Source: Planctomycetota bacterium (GTDB taxonomy: Bacteria > Planctomycetota > B15-G4 > SIAN01). From it: DNA of 64,000 nt. Shown here one piece after another: positions 8,575 to 18,111 of this stretch. A program made the translations under genes and the position numbers. Position 1 is the first letter of the stretch. Each line of letters begins with the position of its first letter. The stretch covers positions 64,001 through 128,000 of the forward strand of contig JANNXA010000049.1 of the NCBI GenBank assembly GCA_031409275.1, read 5' to 3'. The notes beneath the pieces were generated by a model that made no database searches, was not told where the DNA came from, and saw only the letters and a list, made by a program, of their open reading frames with translations.

Positions 8575-9222
8575 ATGAAGTCGTTTGCGCGCATCGTCGC
8601 GACGGCCGCCGTTGCGGTCGTTGCCATCTCGGGGGCGGCGTTCGCCTGGTCCCGCGTTCAGGCTGCGCCGGCCGCGTCCGCGGCCCCGGCTGCCGCCAAG
8701 CAGGAAGCGAAGGCCGAGGTCGTGGTGCCGTTCATCGGCAACGCCACCTGCCCGATGCAGGCGGGCAAGGCGGTCAACAAGACGAAGTTCGTCGAATCGG
8801 AAGGCCAGCGCGTCTACTTCTGCTGCGGCAAGTGCGCGGCTGCGGCGAAGGCGGACCCGAAGGCGGCGGTCGCGTCGGCCTACAAAGAGTCGAAGGCGGT
8901 CGCCAACAAGACCTGCCCGGTCTCCGGCCACGCCATCGAGGCGGGCAAGGCGAAGACGGTCACGTTCATGGGCCACTCGCTCGAACTCTGCTGCGCGGAC
9001 TGCGAAGCGGGCTTCAAGAAGAACGCCATGGCGATGACCATCGCCGCGATCTACGGCGTCGAGGATGCGAAGAACGCCAAGTGCCCCGTGATGGACGAGG
9101 ATTCGAACACCGAAGACTTCGTGATCTACAAGGGCAAGCTCGTCCACCTCTGCTGCGGCGACTGCACGGAAGAGTTCAAGAAGGACGCCGACAAGTTCCT
9201 GGCCAAGGCCACGGGCAAGTGA
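8575..9222 (+). CDS. Exported triple YHS/TRASH-like metal-binding protein
   Basis: Signal peptide, then three repeats: CPM...YFCCGKC, CPVSG...LCCADC, CPVM...HLCCGDC. Confidence 0.85.
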   Translation: MKSFARIVATAAVAVVAISGAAFAWSRVQAAPAASAAPAAAKQEAKAEVVVPFIGNATCPMQAGKAVNKTKFVESEGQRVYFCCGKCAAAAKADPKAAVASAYKESKAVANKTCPVSGHAIEAGKAKTVTFMGHSLELCCADCEAGFKKNAMAMTIAAIYGVEDAKNAKCPVMDEDSNTEDFVIYKGKLVHLCCGDCTEEFKKDADKFLAKATGK

Positions 9223-9250
9223 CCGCGCGGCTCGGCGCCTCGCCCTTCGC

Positions 9251-10153
9251 GTGAGCACGCGTGAGGCGATCGAGTCTTACCGCGCTCCGATCGACGGGTT
9301 GCGCTGCCTGCGCAGCCCGGGTCGGTTGCGTCGTCTGAAAATGCCGCTGCCGGCGGATCCGCCTCAGGACGGTCCGCCGGCTGCTTGTTTTCTCTGCCAC
9401 CCCGAACGCGATCGTTTCGATCTCGGGCCTTGGCCGCGCGACGGCGGGGCGCAGCGAGTGGTGGGCAACGCGCATCCGTTCGCGGCGCGCGCGCTGCTGG
9501 TCGCGCCCGCGCTGGAGTCGCATCACGCGCTCACGCCCGCCACGCTTCCGATCGATCGGCTCGCGGAGTGGCTGCAGTGGCCGACGTCGCCGGAATTCCT
9601 TGCCGCGTTCGAGCTCGACCAAAGGACCACCGTCGCCTTCGTCAACGTCGGCCGCCGCGCCGCGCAGTCGCGCCGCCATCCGCATCTGCAAGTCGTCGCG
9701 TTTGGCGGTGACTGCGGCAAGCTGCAGGACGACGACGCCGCCGCCATCGCCGCTGACCTCGCGAGCGCCGCGAGCGAGTCGCGCGAGCTCTGCCTCTCCT
9801 CCGGCGCCAAAGTCGTGGTGCCGCGCCAGCCATCGCAAACCGCGGAGCTCTGGCTGCCGCTGCCCGCTGCGGACGTTGGCGCTGCCGATTGGAAGGGCGC
9901 CGCGGCGGCGCTCGCGGAGCTCTGCGGCGCTGGCGAGCGATCGCTGAGCGGCGACTACAACCTGGTGTGGCGGCTCGCCGCACCGGCGTTGGTGCGTTGG
10001 ATCCCGCGCGGCCTGTCGGAGCGCGCCGGACTCGAGTTCGCGGCGCCGGCGCTGTTGGCCGGGGTCGTCGCCGTCTCGGTGCGCGAGAGTTTCCTGTTGT
10101 GGTCGGCCGCACTCGCGCTCCCGCCGGCGCCCGGCGCGCCCAACTCCGACTGA
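9251..10153 (+). CDS. GalT/Ap4A-phosphorylase-like (HIT superfamily) protein
   Basis: CFLC motif, NAHPF and NVGRRAAQSRRHPHLQ (HxHxQ nucleotidyl-transfer motif). Start uncertain. Confidence 0.6.
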   Translation: MSTREAIESYRAPIDGLRCLRSPGRLRRLKMPLPADPPQDGPPAACFLCHPERDRFDLGPWPRDGGAQRVVGNAHPFAARALLVAPALESHHALTPATLPIDRLAEWLQWPTSPEFLAAFELDQRTTVAFVNVGRRAAQSRRHPHLQVVAFGGDCGKLQDDDAAAIAADLASAASESRELCLSSGAKVVVPRQPSQTAELWLPLPAADVGAADWKGAAAALAELCGAGERSLSGDYNLVWRLAAPALVRWIPRGLSERAGLEFAAPALLAGVVAVSVRESFLLWSAALALPPAPGAPNSD

Positions 10154-10231
10154 GACGCCGCGACCGGCGGTCGCCTGGAGATTCGCTATGACGCAGCGCG
10201 TCACTACGCCTTTCACCAGGATCGAGCTCTC

Positions 10232-11107
10232 GTGTCACCGGGAAGAACCCTCCGGCGTCTGCTAGGCGTCTGCGCCTTCGCCACCTACGCGACCACCGCC
10301 GCATTCGCGCATGACGGGGCGGCGGAGCGTTTGGCCCGCCTCTCACCGCGCCTGGAAGCGGCGCACGCGCGCGGGGACGCCTCGCTCGTCGCCGCGCTGC
10401 TCCTCGAGCGCGCGGAGCTGCACCGGATCGAGCGGAGCTGGCGCGCGGCGCTGCTCGACCTCGCCGAGGCGCAGCGACGCGACGCCTCGCTCCATCGCGT
10501 CGATCTGGCGCGCGCACGCGTCTACTTCGACTCTGGCGATGACCGTCGCGCGAGCGCGGCGGCGCGAACCTACCTTGGCGTCGAGACCGACGACGTCGCG
10601 GGCCACGCGCTCCTGGCGCAGGCACTCGCTCGCAGCGGCGACCACGCCGGCGCGATCGCGGCATTCGACGCTGCGCTCCTCCGCTCGCCGCGCGACCCCA
10701 ACCTCCATTTCGCGCGCGCGCAGCAGTCCTTCGCGCTTGGAGGAGACGATCGGCAGCGAGCGATCGACGGGCTCGATCGCGGCACGACCGCCTGTGGCGG
10801 CGCCCTGCAGCTCGAGGAACTCGCCGTGCGGTTCGAGACGGAGCTCGGCGCGACCGATGCGGCGTTGCGACGCGTGGCTCGGCTCGAGTCGGGCTCGCCG
10901 CGGCCGGAGCTGTGGCGGGCGCGCGCCGTGACGCTGCTCGAGCGGTCGGGACGATTTGCGGAGTCGCGTGAGGCGGCCGTGGCGCTGCTCGCCTCGATCG
11001 ATCGGCTGCCGGCCGCGACGCGCGCCCAGTTCGCGATGCAGCGGCTTCGCCGCGAAGTTGCCGCCGCGCTGGTCCGGTTGGGTGCGCCACCGCGGGAGCG
11101 AGCGTGA
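10232..11107 (+). CDS. Exported TPR protein
   Basis: Signal peptide ending AFA-HD, TPR-like repeats, GTGA overlap with the phosphatase gene. Confidence 0.75.
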   Translation: MSPGRTLRRLLGVCAFATYATTAAFAHDGAAERLARLSPRLEAAHARGDASLVAALLLERAELHRIERSWRAALLDLAEAQRRDASLHRVDLARARVYFDSGDDRRASAAARTYLGVETDDVAGHALLAQALARSGDHAGAIAAFDAALLRSPRDPNLHFARAQQSFALGGDDRQRAIDGLDRGTTACGGALQLEELAVRFETELGATDAALRRVARLESGSPRPELWRARAVTLLERSGRFAESREAAVALLASIDRLPAATRAQFAMQRLRREVAAALVRLGAPPRERA

Positions 11108-13395
11108 TGGGTGCGGATGCGCCGATCGACGCCCTGCGGAAGCTCGCCCTTGGCGTGGCCCTGATCCTGGTGATCGCGCCGCTCGGCGCGGCGCAGACGG
11201 TGACGCGCGGTCCCTACCTCCAGTCCGGTGCGCACGACCGCATCACCGTGTGCTGGCGCACCAGCGTCGCGTGCAACTCGCGCGTCGCGTTCGGCGCGCA
11301 GCCGGGGCAGCTTTGGTCGCAGGTCGATGACCCGGCGGCGGTCGTCGACCATGCGGTGACGCTGACCGGTCTTGGGGTCGACGCGCGCTACTACTACTCC
11401 ATCGGCACTTCGAGCGTGGTGCTGGCCGGCGACGACCTCGAGCACACCTTCCGCACGGCGCCACCGCCCGGTCGTGCCCGCGCCGGCCGCGTCTGGGTGC
11501 TCGGCGATTCGGGCACCAAGGACGCCAATGCACGTGCCGTGCGCGACGCCTTCTTCGCTCGCAACGGCGCGCGTCCGCTCGACTTCTTCCTGATGCTGGG
11601 CGACAACGCCTACGACGCCGGCAAGGACAGCGAGTACCAGGACGCGGTGTTCCAGAACATGTACGAGGCGCGCCTGATCGACAGCGTCCTGTGGCCGACC
11701 TACGGCAACCACGATGCGGCTTCGGCCGACTCCTCGACGCAGAGCGGCGTCTACTACGACATCTTCCATCTGCCGACGGCGGCCGAGTGCGGCGGCGTGC
11801 CGTCGGGCACCGAGGCCTACTGGTCGTTCGACTGGGGCAACGCCCACTTCGTCTGCCTCGACTCGATGGAGAGCGATCCGCTGATCGGCGGGCCGATGCT
11901 GACCTGGCTCGACCTCGACCTGCAGGCGAACACGCGCGACTGGTTGATCGCGTTCTGGCACCATCCGCCCTATTCGAAAGGGTCGCACGATTCCGACAGC
12001 CAGAGCGAGCTGATCGACATGCGCCAGAACGCTGTCGAGCTGCTGGAGCAGTACGGCGTCGACCTCGTCCTGTCGGGCCACAGCCACAGCTACGAGCGCT
12101 CCTACCTCATCGACGGCCATCGCGGGAAGGCGGCGTCGTTCGATCCGCTCGTGCACGGCAAGGACCTCGGTGATGGCGAGATCGGCGGCGGCGGCGCCTA
12201 TCGCAAGGCGGGCGCCGGGGTCACTCCTCACCAGGGGGCGGTCTACGTCGTGGCGGGTGCGTCGGGCAAGCATGCGCCGGGCCCGTTCGACCATCCGGCG
12301 ATGCACGTCGCGATCGAGACGCTCGGGTCGTTCGCCTTCGATCTCCACGGCGCCCAGCTCGATGCCTGGTACCTCGACTCGAACGCGGCGCTGCAGGACC
12401 ACTTCACGCTGGTGAAGGGCGGTGCGACGCCGATCGACGCGGGCAACCACGCCGCGCTCGCCGCGCTCTCCGATTGGCGCTATTTCGACCGCGGTTTCGA
12501 GCCGGCAAGCGACTGGGAGAGCGACGGTTTCGACGATTCGAGCTGGGCCGAAGGTCCGGGCGCGCTCGGCTACGGCGAGAGCTACATCGCGACGACGGTG
12601 AGCGACGGCGGCAGCGCGAGCCAGAAGTACGTCACCACCTATCTGCGCACGAACTTCGACCTGTCGGCCGAACCGCTCGACCTCACCGGCCTGCGCTTGC
12701 GCGCCTCCTACGACGACGGATTCGTCGTCTACGTCAACGGAGTCGAGGCGGCGCGTCGGTCGCTGCCGTCGGGCGTGATCCTCGACTCGACGTTGGCCAC
12801 GAGCCATGAGGGCGGGGTCTACGAGATGATCGACCTCACGGCGGCGGTCGCGTCGCTGCGGCGCGGCACCAACGTGCTGGCCGTCGAGCTGCACCAGACG
12901 ACGCGCAGTTCGAGCGACCTCGTCTTCGATGCGTCACTCGAATACGACGGCTTCACGCCGCTGCTTGGCCGTGGTGCCGAAGGAGTCCTCGACCTGCAGG
13001 GCGGCGTGCCCTTCGATGCGCTGCGCGTGAATGGGTCGACCGGCGGACTCGGCCGCAGCGTCGAGGTCGCCGACGGGGGATCCATCACCATCGATCTCGA
13101 GGTCTCGCCCGGCCGTACCAGCGCCGACTTCGTGCTCTTCGGCTGGTTCGACGTCCCCGGCCTCGACGACGCGGTCGATCTCGGCGACATCGGCCGCCTG
13201 GTGGTGCCGCCGATCTACTGGTTCGCCCACACCTTTCCGTTCGGGCCGCCCCCGCTACTGCCGTCCTACGCGGCGCCATGGAGCTACTTCGAGCCCACGG
13301 TGGACGCTCCGATCGACATCGCGCTGCAGGCGGTGATCCAGGACGCGCAGGGCGACCTGAAGTGCACGAACGCGGTCCTCATCCGCGTTCGTTGA
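11104..13395 (+). CDS. Secreted purple-acid-phosphatase-like metallophosphoesterase with C-terminal beta domains
   Basis: TRGPYLQ FN3-like N-domain; motifs GDSG, GDNAY, GNHD, HHPPY, GHSHSYER; then a galactose-binding-like domain (YDDGFVVYVNGVE...NVLAVELHQ). Confidence 0.9.
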   Translation: MMGADAPIDALRKLALGVALILVIAPLGAAQTVTRGPYLQSGAHDRITVCWRTSVACNSRVAFGAQPGQLWSQVDDPAAVVDHAVTLTGLGVDARYYYSIGTSSVVLAGDDLEHTFRTAPPPGRARAGRVWVLGDSGTKDANARAVRDAFFARNGARPLDFFLMLGDNAYDAGKDSEYQDAVFQNMYEARLIDSVLWPTYGNHDAASADSSTQSGVYYDIFHLPTAAECGGVPSGTEAYWSFDWGNAHFVCLDSMESDPLIGGPMLTWLDLDLQANTRDWLIAFWHHPPYSKGSHDSDSQSELIDMRQNAVELLEQYGVDLVLSGHSHSYERSYLIDGHRGKAASFDPLVHGKDLGDGEIGGGGAYRKAGAGVTPHQGAVYVVAGASGKHAPGPFDHPAMHVAIETLGSFAFDLHGAQLDAWYLDSNAALQDHFTLVKGGATPIDAGNHAALAALSDWRYFDRGFEPASDWESDGFDDSSWAEGPGALGYGESYIATTVSDGGSASQKYVTTYLRTNFDLSAEPLDLTGLRLRASYDDGFVVYVNGVEAARRSLPSGVILDSTLATSHEGGVYEMIDLTAAVASLRRGTNVLAVELHQTTRSSSDLVFDASLEYDGFTPLLGRGAEGVLDLQGGVPFDALRVNGSTGGLGRSVEVADGGSITIDLEVSPGRTSADFVLFGWFDVPGLDDAVDLGDIGRLVVPPIYWFAHTFPFGPPPLLPSYAAPWSYFEPTVDAPIDIALQAVIQDAQGDLKCTNAVLIRVR

Positions 13396-14746
13396 GTTGC
13401 GCCAGCAGCGTCCGCAGGAACGCAAGGCCGCCTTCGACGTCTCCGAATGCGCCGTCGAGCTGCGCCTCGTAGCAGCGGTCGAGCAGCGCCTTGAACTCCT
13501 TGCCGGGGGCGCGGCCGAGCTCGATCAGGTGGCGTCCTTGGACGAGGGGGCGCGGCGCCGCGTCGGCGGCGGCGAGCGCCTCGGCGCGTTCGAGCAGCCA
13601 GCGGCCGGCCTCGAACTCGACCACCGGTCGTGGCGGTCGACCGGCGTCGTCATGCCGCGCCACCCGCACGAGCCAACGCAGGTTCACCTTGGTGGCGAGG
13701 CGGCGGATCGCGCCGTCGCCGGGCTGCGCCTTCCAGAACTCCTGCGGCTTCAAGTGCTGCAGCACCAGCGCGACCACCGCTTCGACGACCTCCTCCTGCG
13801 CGGTGATGCGCGCCAGCAGCGTGCGCGTCGGCGCGGCGCCCGCTTCGGAGTGGCCCGGGGAGCGCCACACGCCGCTGTCGTTCACGGTGGTGGCCGGCTT
13901 GCCCAGATCGTGGCAGAGCAGCGCGAGGCCGACGATCCAGTCGGAGGCGTCGCCGACGCGCGCGCCCGCGAAATGGTCGAGCACATGGCCGGTGTGGACG
14001 AAGACGTCGCCTTCGGGATGCCACTCGGGGTGCTGCGGACAGCCGTCGAGCGGCAGGAGCTCGGGGAAGAAGCGCAACGCGCCGCAATCGCGCAGGAAGG
14101 CGAGGCCGCGCGACGGCACGCATCCCTGCAGCAGCAGCTTCTTCCACTCCTCCTCGATCCGTTCGCGCGGCAGCTCGCCGAGATCGATGGTGCGCGACAG
14201 CTCGACCGTCTCCGGTGCGACGCTGAAGTCGAAGCGCGCGGCGAACTGCATCACCCGCAGCACGCGCAACGGATCCTCGACGAAGCGCGGCGAGGCGTGG
14301 CGCAGCACGCGCGCCGCGAGATCGGCCTGGCCCGCGAGCGGATCGGCGATCTCGCCGCTCAGAGGATCCTCGTAGATCGCGTTGACCGTGAGGTCGCGGC
14401 GCTCCGCGGCGCTGCGCAGGTCGAGGAACGGGTCGGTGTCGATCGCGAAGCCCTTGTGGCCGCGCGCCACCTTCGTCTCGCGGCGCGGCAGCGCGATGTC
14501 GATCGGCAGTCCGGCCAGCTTCAACACTCCGAAGGCGCGGCCCACGTCGATCACGTCGTGCTCGCGCATCAGAAGCGCTTCGAGAACGGCCGGTGCGAGG
14601 CCATAGACCTCGAGGTCGAAGTCCTTGCGGGGCTGTCCCAGAAGCCGGTCGCGCACGCCGCCGCCGACCAGCCACGCGCGCCCGCCCGCGGCCGCGACTG
14701 CGCGCGCCACATCACGCACCACCTGCTCTGGATCGCGCCTCTGCAT
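13379..14746 (-). CDS. cca: CCA-adding enzyme / poly(A) polymerase family nucleotidyltransferase with HD domain
   Basis: VGGGVRD, DFDLEV, RRDLTVNA, EDPLRVLR, Q-x-PEWHPEGDV, HDLGKP. Confidence 0.85.
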   Translation of the reverse strand: MQRRDPEQVVRDVARAVAAAGGRAWLVGGGVRDRLLGQPRKDFDLEVYGLAPAVLEALLMREHDVIDVGRAFGVLKLAGLPIDIALPRRETKVARGHKGFAIDTDPFLDLRSAAERRDLTVNAIYEDPLSGEIADPLAGQADLAARVLRHASPRFVEDPLRVLRVMQFAARFDFSVAPETVELSRTIDLGELPRERIEEEWKKLLLQGCVPSRGLAFLRDCGALRFFPELLPLDGCPQHPEWHPEGDVFVHTGHVLDHFAGARVGDASDWIVGLALLCHDLGKPATTVNDSGVWRSPGHSEAGAAPTRTLLARITAQEEVVEAVVALVLQHLKPQEFWKAQPGDGAIRRLATKVNLRWLVRVARHDDAGRPPRPVVEFEAGRWLLERAEALAAADAAPRPLVQGRHLIELGRAPGKEFKALLDRCYEAQLDGAFGDVEGGLAFLRTLLAQLNERG

Positions 14747-14755
14747 GGCGCGACG

Positions 14756-15634
14756 TTACCCCGTCTCGTCGAGCGGCTGGTTCAGCGCGCCCGGCGCGGC
14801 GCGGTCGCGCACTCCGGTGACGGCGAGCGCTGCGATCGTGGCGGCGTAGGGGAGCGCGCGCAGCAGGAAGACGGTGGCGCCGCCGTCGCTCGCGGCTGCG
14901 GCGCCCAGCCGCAGTTCCAGCGTGAAGAGCGCCGCGACGAAGAGGCCGGCGATCAACGCACCCAGCGGCCGCCAGCGGGCGAAGAGCACGAGCGCGAGCG
15001 CGAGGAAGCCGCGGCCGGCCGACATTCCCTCGACGAAGGTGCCCGAGAGGACGGTGGTGAGGCTCGCTCCCGCGAGACCAGCGAGCGCGCCGGCGACCAG
15101 CAATCCGAGGGTGCGCGCCCGTTCCGGCGAACCACCCGCGGCGCGCAGCGCCATCGGGCTTTCGCCGGCGGCGCGCACCGCGAGGCCCGCGCGCGTGCGA
15201 TCGAGGAAGAGGAAGGTCGCGCCGACCAGCAGCACGCTGACGACGTACGGGAGCGCGGCCACCGATGGGGAGAGCTCGGCGAAGGTGGTGACGCCAGCGC
15301 TGCCGCGGGCGCGCTCGAAGAGGAGTCCGGTCGCGCCGAGGCAGGCGAAGTGAAGCGCGGTGCCGGCCACGATCGGCGACGCGCGCAGCTTCACGACCAG
15401 CAGCGCGAACAGCGCCGCCAGCGCGACGCCCGTCAGCAGCGCCACCAAGAGCGCCGGTCCCAGCGCCGCTGCGCCGCCACCCGCCGCCACCAGCCACGCC
15501 GCCAGCGCACCCGCGAGGATCATTCCTTCGAGCGCGAGGTTCACCACTCCGGCGCGTTCGGCGACGACTTCCGAAGTGGTCGCCAGCACCAGCGGCAGGG
15601 CGAGGCGCAGCCATTGGGCGAGGAGTTCGTTCAT
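14756..15634 (-). CDS. Nucleoside/sugar ABC transporter permease (YufQ/NupQ-like)
   Basis: ERAGVVNLALEGMIL, GLAVRAAGESP, GMSAGRGFLALA, ALPY...APGALNQP. ATG at 15634 overlaps the upstream stop. Confidence 0.9.
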   Translation of the reverse strand: MNELLAQWLRLALPLVLATTSEVVAERAGVVNLALEGMILAGALAAWLVAAGGGAAALGPALLVALLTGVALAALFALLVVKLRASPIVAGTALHFACLGATGLLFERARGSAGVTTFAELSPSVAALPYVVSVLLVGATFLFLDRTRAGLAVRAAGESPMALRAAGGSPERARTLGLLVAGALAGLAGASLTTVLSGTFVEGMSAGRGFLALALVLFARWRPLGALIAGLFVAALFTLELRLGAAAASDGGATVFLLRALPYAATIAALAVTGVRDRAAPGALNQPLDETG

Positions 15635-16644
15635 GGCGGCGTGCCAACGCGGCGGGTGCCGCCGGCTGCGACCAGGACGGCGACGATCGCGACTCCTTGC
15701 AGGAGCAGCCCGAAGCGATCGACTCCAGGCAGGTTCTCGGCCCACTGCAGCGCCGCCGTCCCGCTTTGCAATGCCGCGAAGAGGAGCGCAGCGGGCGCGA
15801 GCCACGCGAAGCGCAGCCCGGCGAGCAGCGCGGCGGCGACAGCGGCGTAGCCGAGTCCCTGCGCCAGCGAGCGATCGGCCGCGCGCGCCACGCCGGCGAC
15901 GTCACTCGCGCCTGCAAGGCCCGCCAGCGCGCCGGCGACGCTGAACACCACCACGCGCGCGCGGTCGAGCGGGAAGGCGCACGCCTTCGCCAACAGCGGC
16001 GCCTCGGCGCCTGCACGTAGCAGCAATCCAGCGCGCGTCCGTGCCAGGAAGAGGCCGCCGCCGGCCGTCGCGAGGAGCGCGAGCGGAAGCCCCAGATGCA
16101 GCGCGCCGGTGCGACTGAGCGTGAACTCGGGGAGCCATGCCGTCGTCGGCAGCGTCGCGGTCTGCGGGAACTGATGGGTCGGTTCCTGCAGCGGCCCGGT
16201 CACCAGCCAGCGCAGCAGTTCGAGCGCGATGCTGTTCAGCATCAGCGTGGAGAGAACCTCGGGCACGCCGCGGCGCACGCGCAGCAGCGCCGGCACGGCG
16301 GCCCAGATCGCACCGGCGAGCGCGCCGGCGAGCAGCGCCGGCAGCCAGTGGCCGCTCGCCGAACCGGCCCATGCGGCGGCGAGCCCGCCGACCAGCAGCT
16401 GTCCTTCGGCGCCGATGTTCCACAGCCCGCAGCGAAACGCGAGCGCGACGCCGGCCGCGCACAGCAGCAGCGGGGTCGCCACGCGCGCGGTCGTGCTCCA
16501 GGCGTCGCGATCGCCCATCGCGCCACCGATCAGCAACTGCGCCGCGCGCAGCGGCGGCAACCCTTGAAGGGCGAGCAGCAGGAGCGCGAGCGCGATCGCG
16601 CCGGCGGCCACAACCCACGGTCGCCACCGAATCTGGAAGCTCAT
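15631..16644 (-). CDS. Nucleoside/sugar ABC transporter permease (YufP/NupP-like)
   Basis: ATPLLL...GLWNIGAEGQ, EVLSTLMLN, GALAGLAG; multiple TM segments. Confidence 0.9.
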   Translation of the reverse strand: MSFQIRWRPWVVAAGAIALALLLLALQGLPPLRAAQLLIGGAMGDRDAWSTTARVATPLLLCAAGVALAFRCGLWNIGAEGQLLVGGLAAAWAGSASGHWLPALLAGALAGAIWAAVPALLRVRRGVPEVLSTLMLNSIALELLRWLVTGPLQEPTHQFPQTATLPTTAWLPEFTLSRTGALHLGLPLALLATAGGGLFLARTRAGLLLRAGAEAPLLAKACAFPLDRARVVVFSVAGALAGLAGASDVAGVARAADRSLAQGLGYAAVAAALLAGLRFAWLAPAALLFAALQSGTAALQWAENLPGVDRFGLLLQGVAIVAVLVAAGGTRRVGTPP

Positions 16645-18083
16645 GCGGTTTGCGCGGCGGCGGCCGCGAGCGAAGCGAGCCGTTCTGCGACCGCGTCGCG
16701 CGACACGGCGCACTCGTGCAGCTCGCCACGAAAGAGCACGAAGAGGCGCGTCGCCAGCGCGAGCGCCTCGTCGAGGTCGGTGGTGGCGAGCAGCAGCGCC
16801 GCGCCGCTCTCGACGGCCGTCCGCAGCTGTGCATGCACGAAGGCGGTCGCCTGCAAGTCGAGGCCGCGGGTCGGATTCTCGGCGAGGAGCACTTGCGGCG
16901 CGCCAGCGAGCTCGCGCGCGAGGACGACCTTCTGCTGGTTGCCGCCCGAAAGCTCGGCGGCCGGCTGCCATGGCGATTCGGCGCGCACGTCGAAGCGCGC
17001 GAGACGCGGCGCGGCGGCTTCGAGCAGTTGCGATCGGGTGAACCACTGGCGTGCGAAGGTCGCCGGCGCGAGCGCGACGTTCTCGGCGATCGAGAGCGAC
17101 AGCGCGAGACCGTGGCGGCGTCGATCGCCGCTGACGAAGGCGCGCGGTCCCGCGGCGACTTCACAGCGGCCGCGTGGCGCGCGCACCACGCCGGCGATCG
17201 TCTCGAGCAGCTCCGCCTGACCCTGGCCATCGACGCCGGTCAGCACCACCGCCTCGCCGCCGCGGACTTCGAGGTCGATTGGCCCGAAGCGCTCGCCCGC
17301 GAGGCCGCGGCAGGTGATCCGCACCGGTCCCGCGCCACTGGATGGAACGGCGTCGGGAACGGCGGCGGCGGCGCCACCAAACAGCGCGCGGGTGACATCG
17401 GCGGCGTCGACCGAGGCGCGCGCTCCGGCGAGCGTGACGCGCCCCTGACGCAGCACCGTGATCCGTTGCGCCACCCGCAGCGCGTCTTCGAGGCGATGGG
17501 TGATGAGCGCGATGGCGAGGCCGCGGCTGCGCAGCTCCTCGAGTTCGACGAAGAGGCGCGTCGCTTCGCCGGGGGTGAGCAGCGCGGTGGGCTCGTCGAG
17601 CAGGAGGACTCGGCGCGCCTGCGCCAGCGCTTTGGCGATCTCGAGACGTTGGCGCATGCCGACCGGCAGGTCGCCGACGCGCGCCGCGGGGTCGACTTCG
17701 AGGCCCGCGCTCTGAAGCTTTGCGCGCGCGGTCGCTTCGAACGATCGTCGCCGCCACGTGCGCGGTGCGTCGGCGAGCCGCAGGTTCTCCGCGACGGTGA
17801 GTCCTTCCGCGAGGGCGAAGTGCTGGTGCACCATCCCGATGCCGAGCGCGCGCGCCACGGCCGGCGTCGGGATCGGCGTCGCGACGCCGTCGATCTGCAC
17901 TTCCCCGACATCGGGCGACACGAGGCCGAGCGCCATGCGGACCAGCGTGGTCTTGCCGGCGCCGTTCTCGCCGAGCAGCGCGTGGATCTCGCCGGCGCGC
18001 AGCTCGACGTCGACCTGCTCCAGCACGGTACGCGTGCCGAAGCGCTTGCCGACGCCGACGAACGCGAGGGCGGCGTTCGTCAT
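16641..18083 (-). CDS. Sugar/nucleoside ABC transporter ATP-binding protein, two NBDs (YufO/NupO-like)
   Basis: GENGAGKTT, IGMVHQHF, LLLDEPT; second NBD with LSGGNQQK and NPTRGLD. Confidence 0.92.
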   Translation of the reverse strand: MTNAALAFVGVGKRFGTRTVLEQVDVELRAGEIHALLGENGAGKTTLVRMALGLVSPDVGEVQIDGVATPIPTPAVARALGIGMVHQHFALAEGLTVAENLRLADAPRTWRRRSFEATARAKLQSAGLEVDPAARVGDLPVGMRQRLEIAKALAQARRVLLLDEPTALLTPGEATRLFVELEELRSRGLAIALITHRLEDALRVAQRITVLRQGRVTLAGARASVDAADVTRALFGGAAAAVPDAVPSSGAGPVRITCRGLAGERFGPIDLEVRGGEAVVLTGVDGQGQAELLETIAGVVRAPRGRCEVAAGPRAFVSGDRRRHGLALSLSIAENVALAPATFARQWFTRSQLLEAAAPRLARFDVRAESPWQPAAELSGGNQQKVVLARELAGAPQVLLAENPTRGLDLQATAFVHAQLRTAVESGAALLLATTDLDEALALATRLFVLFRGELHECAVSRDAVAERLASLAAAAAQTA

Positions 18084-18111
18084 GGGGCGCGGCCTGTCGG
18101 CGGCGCGTCCG

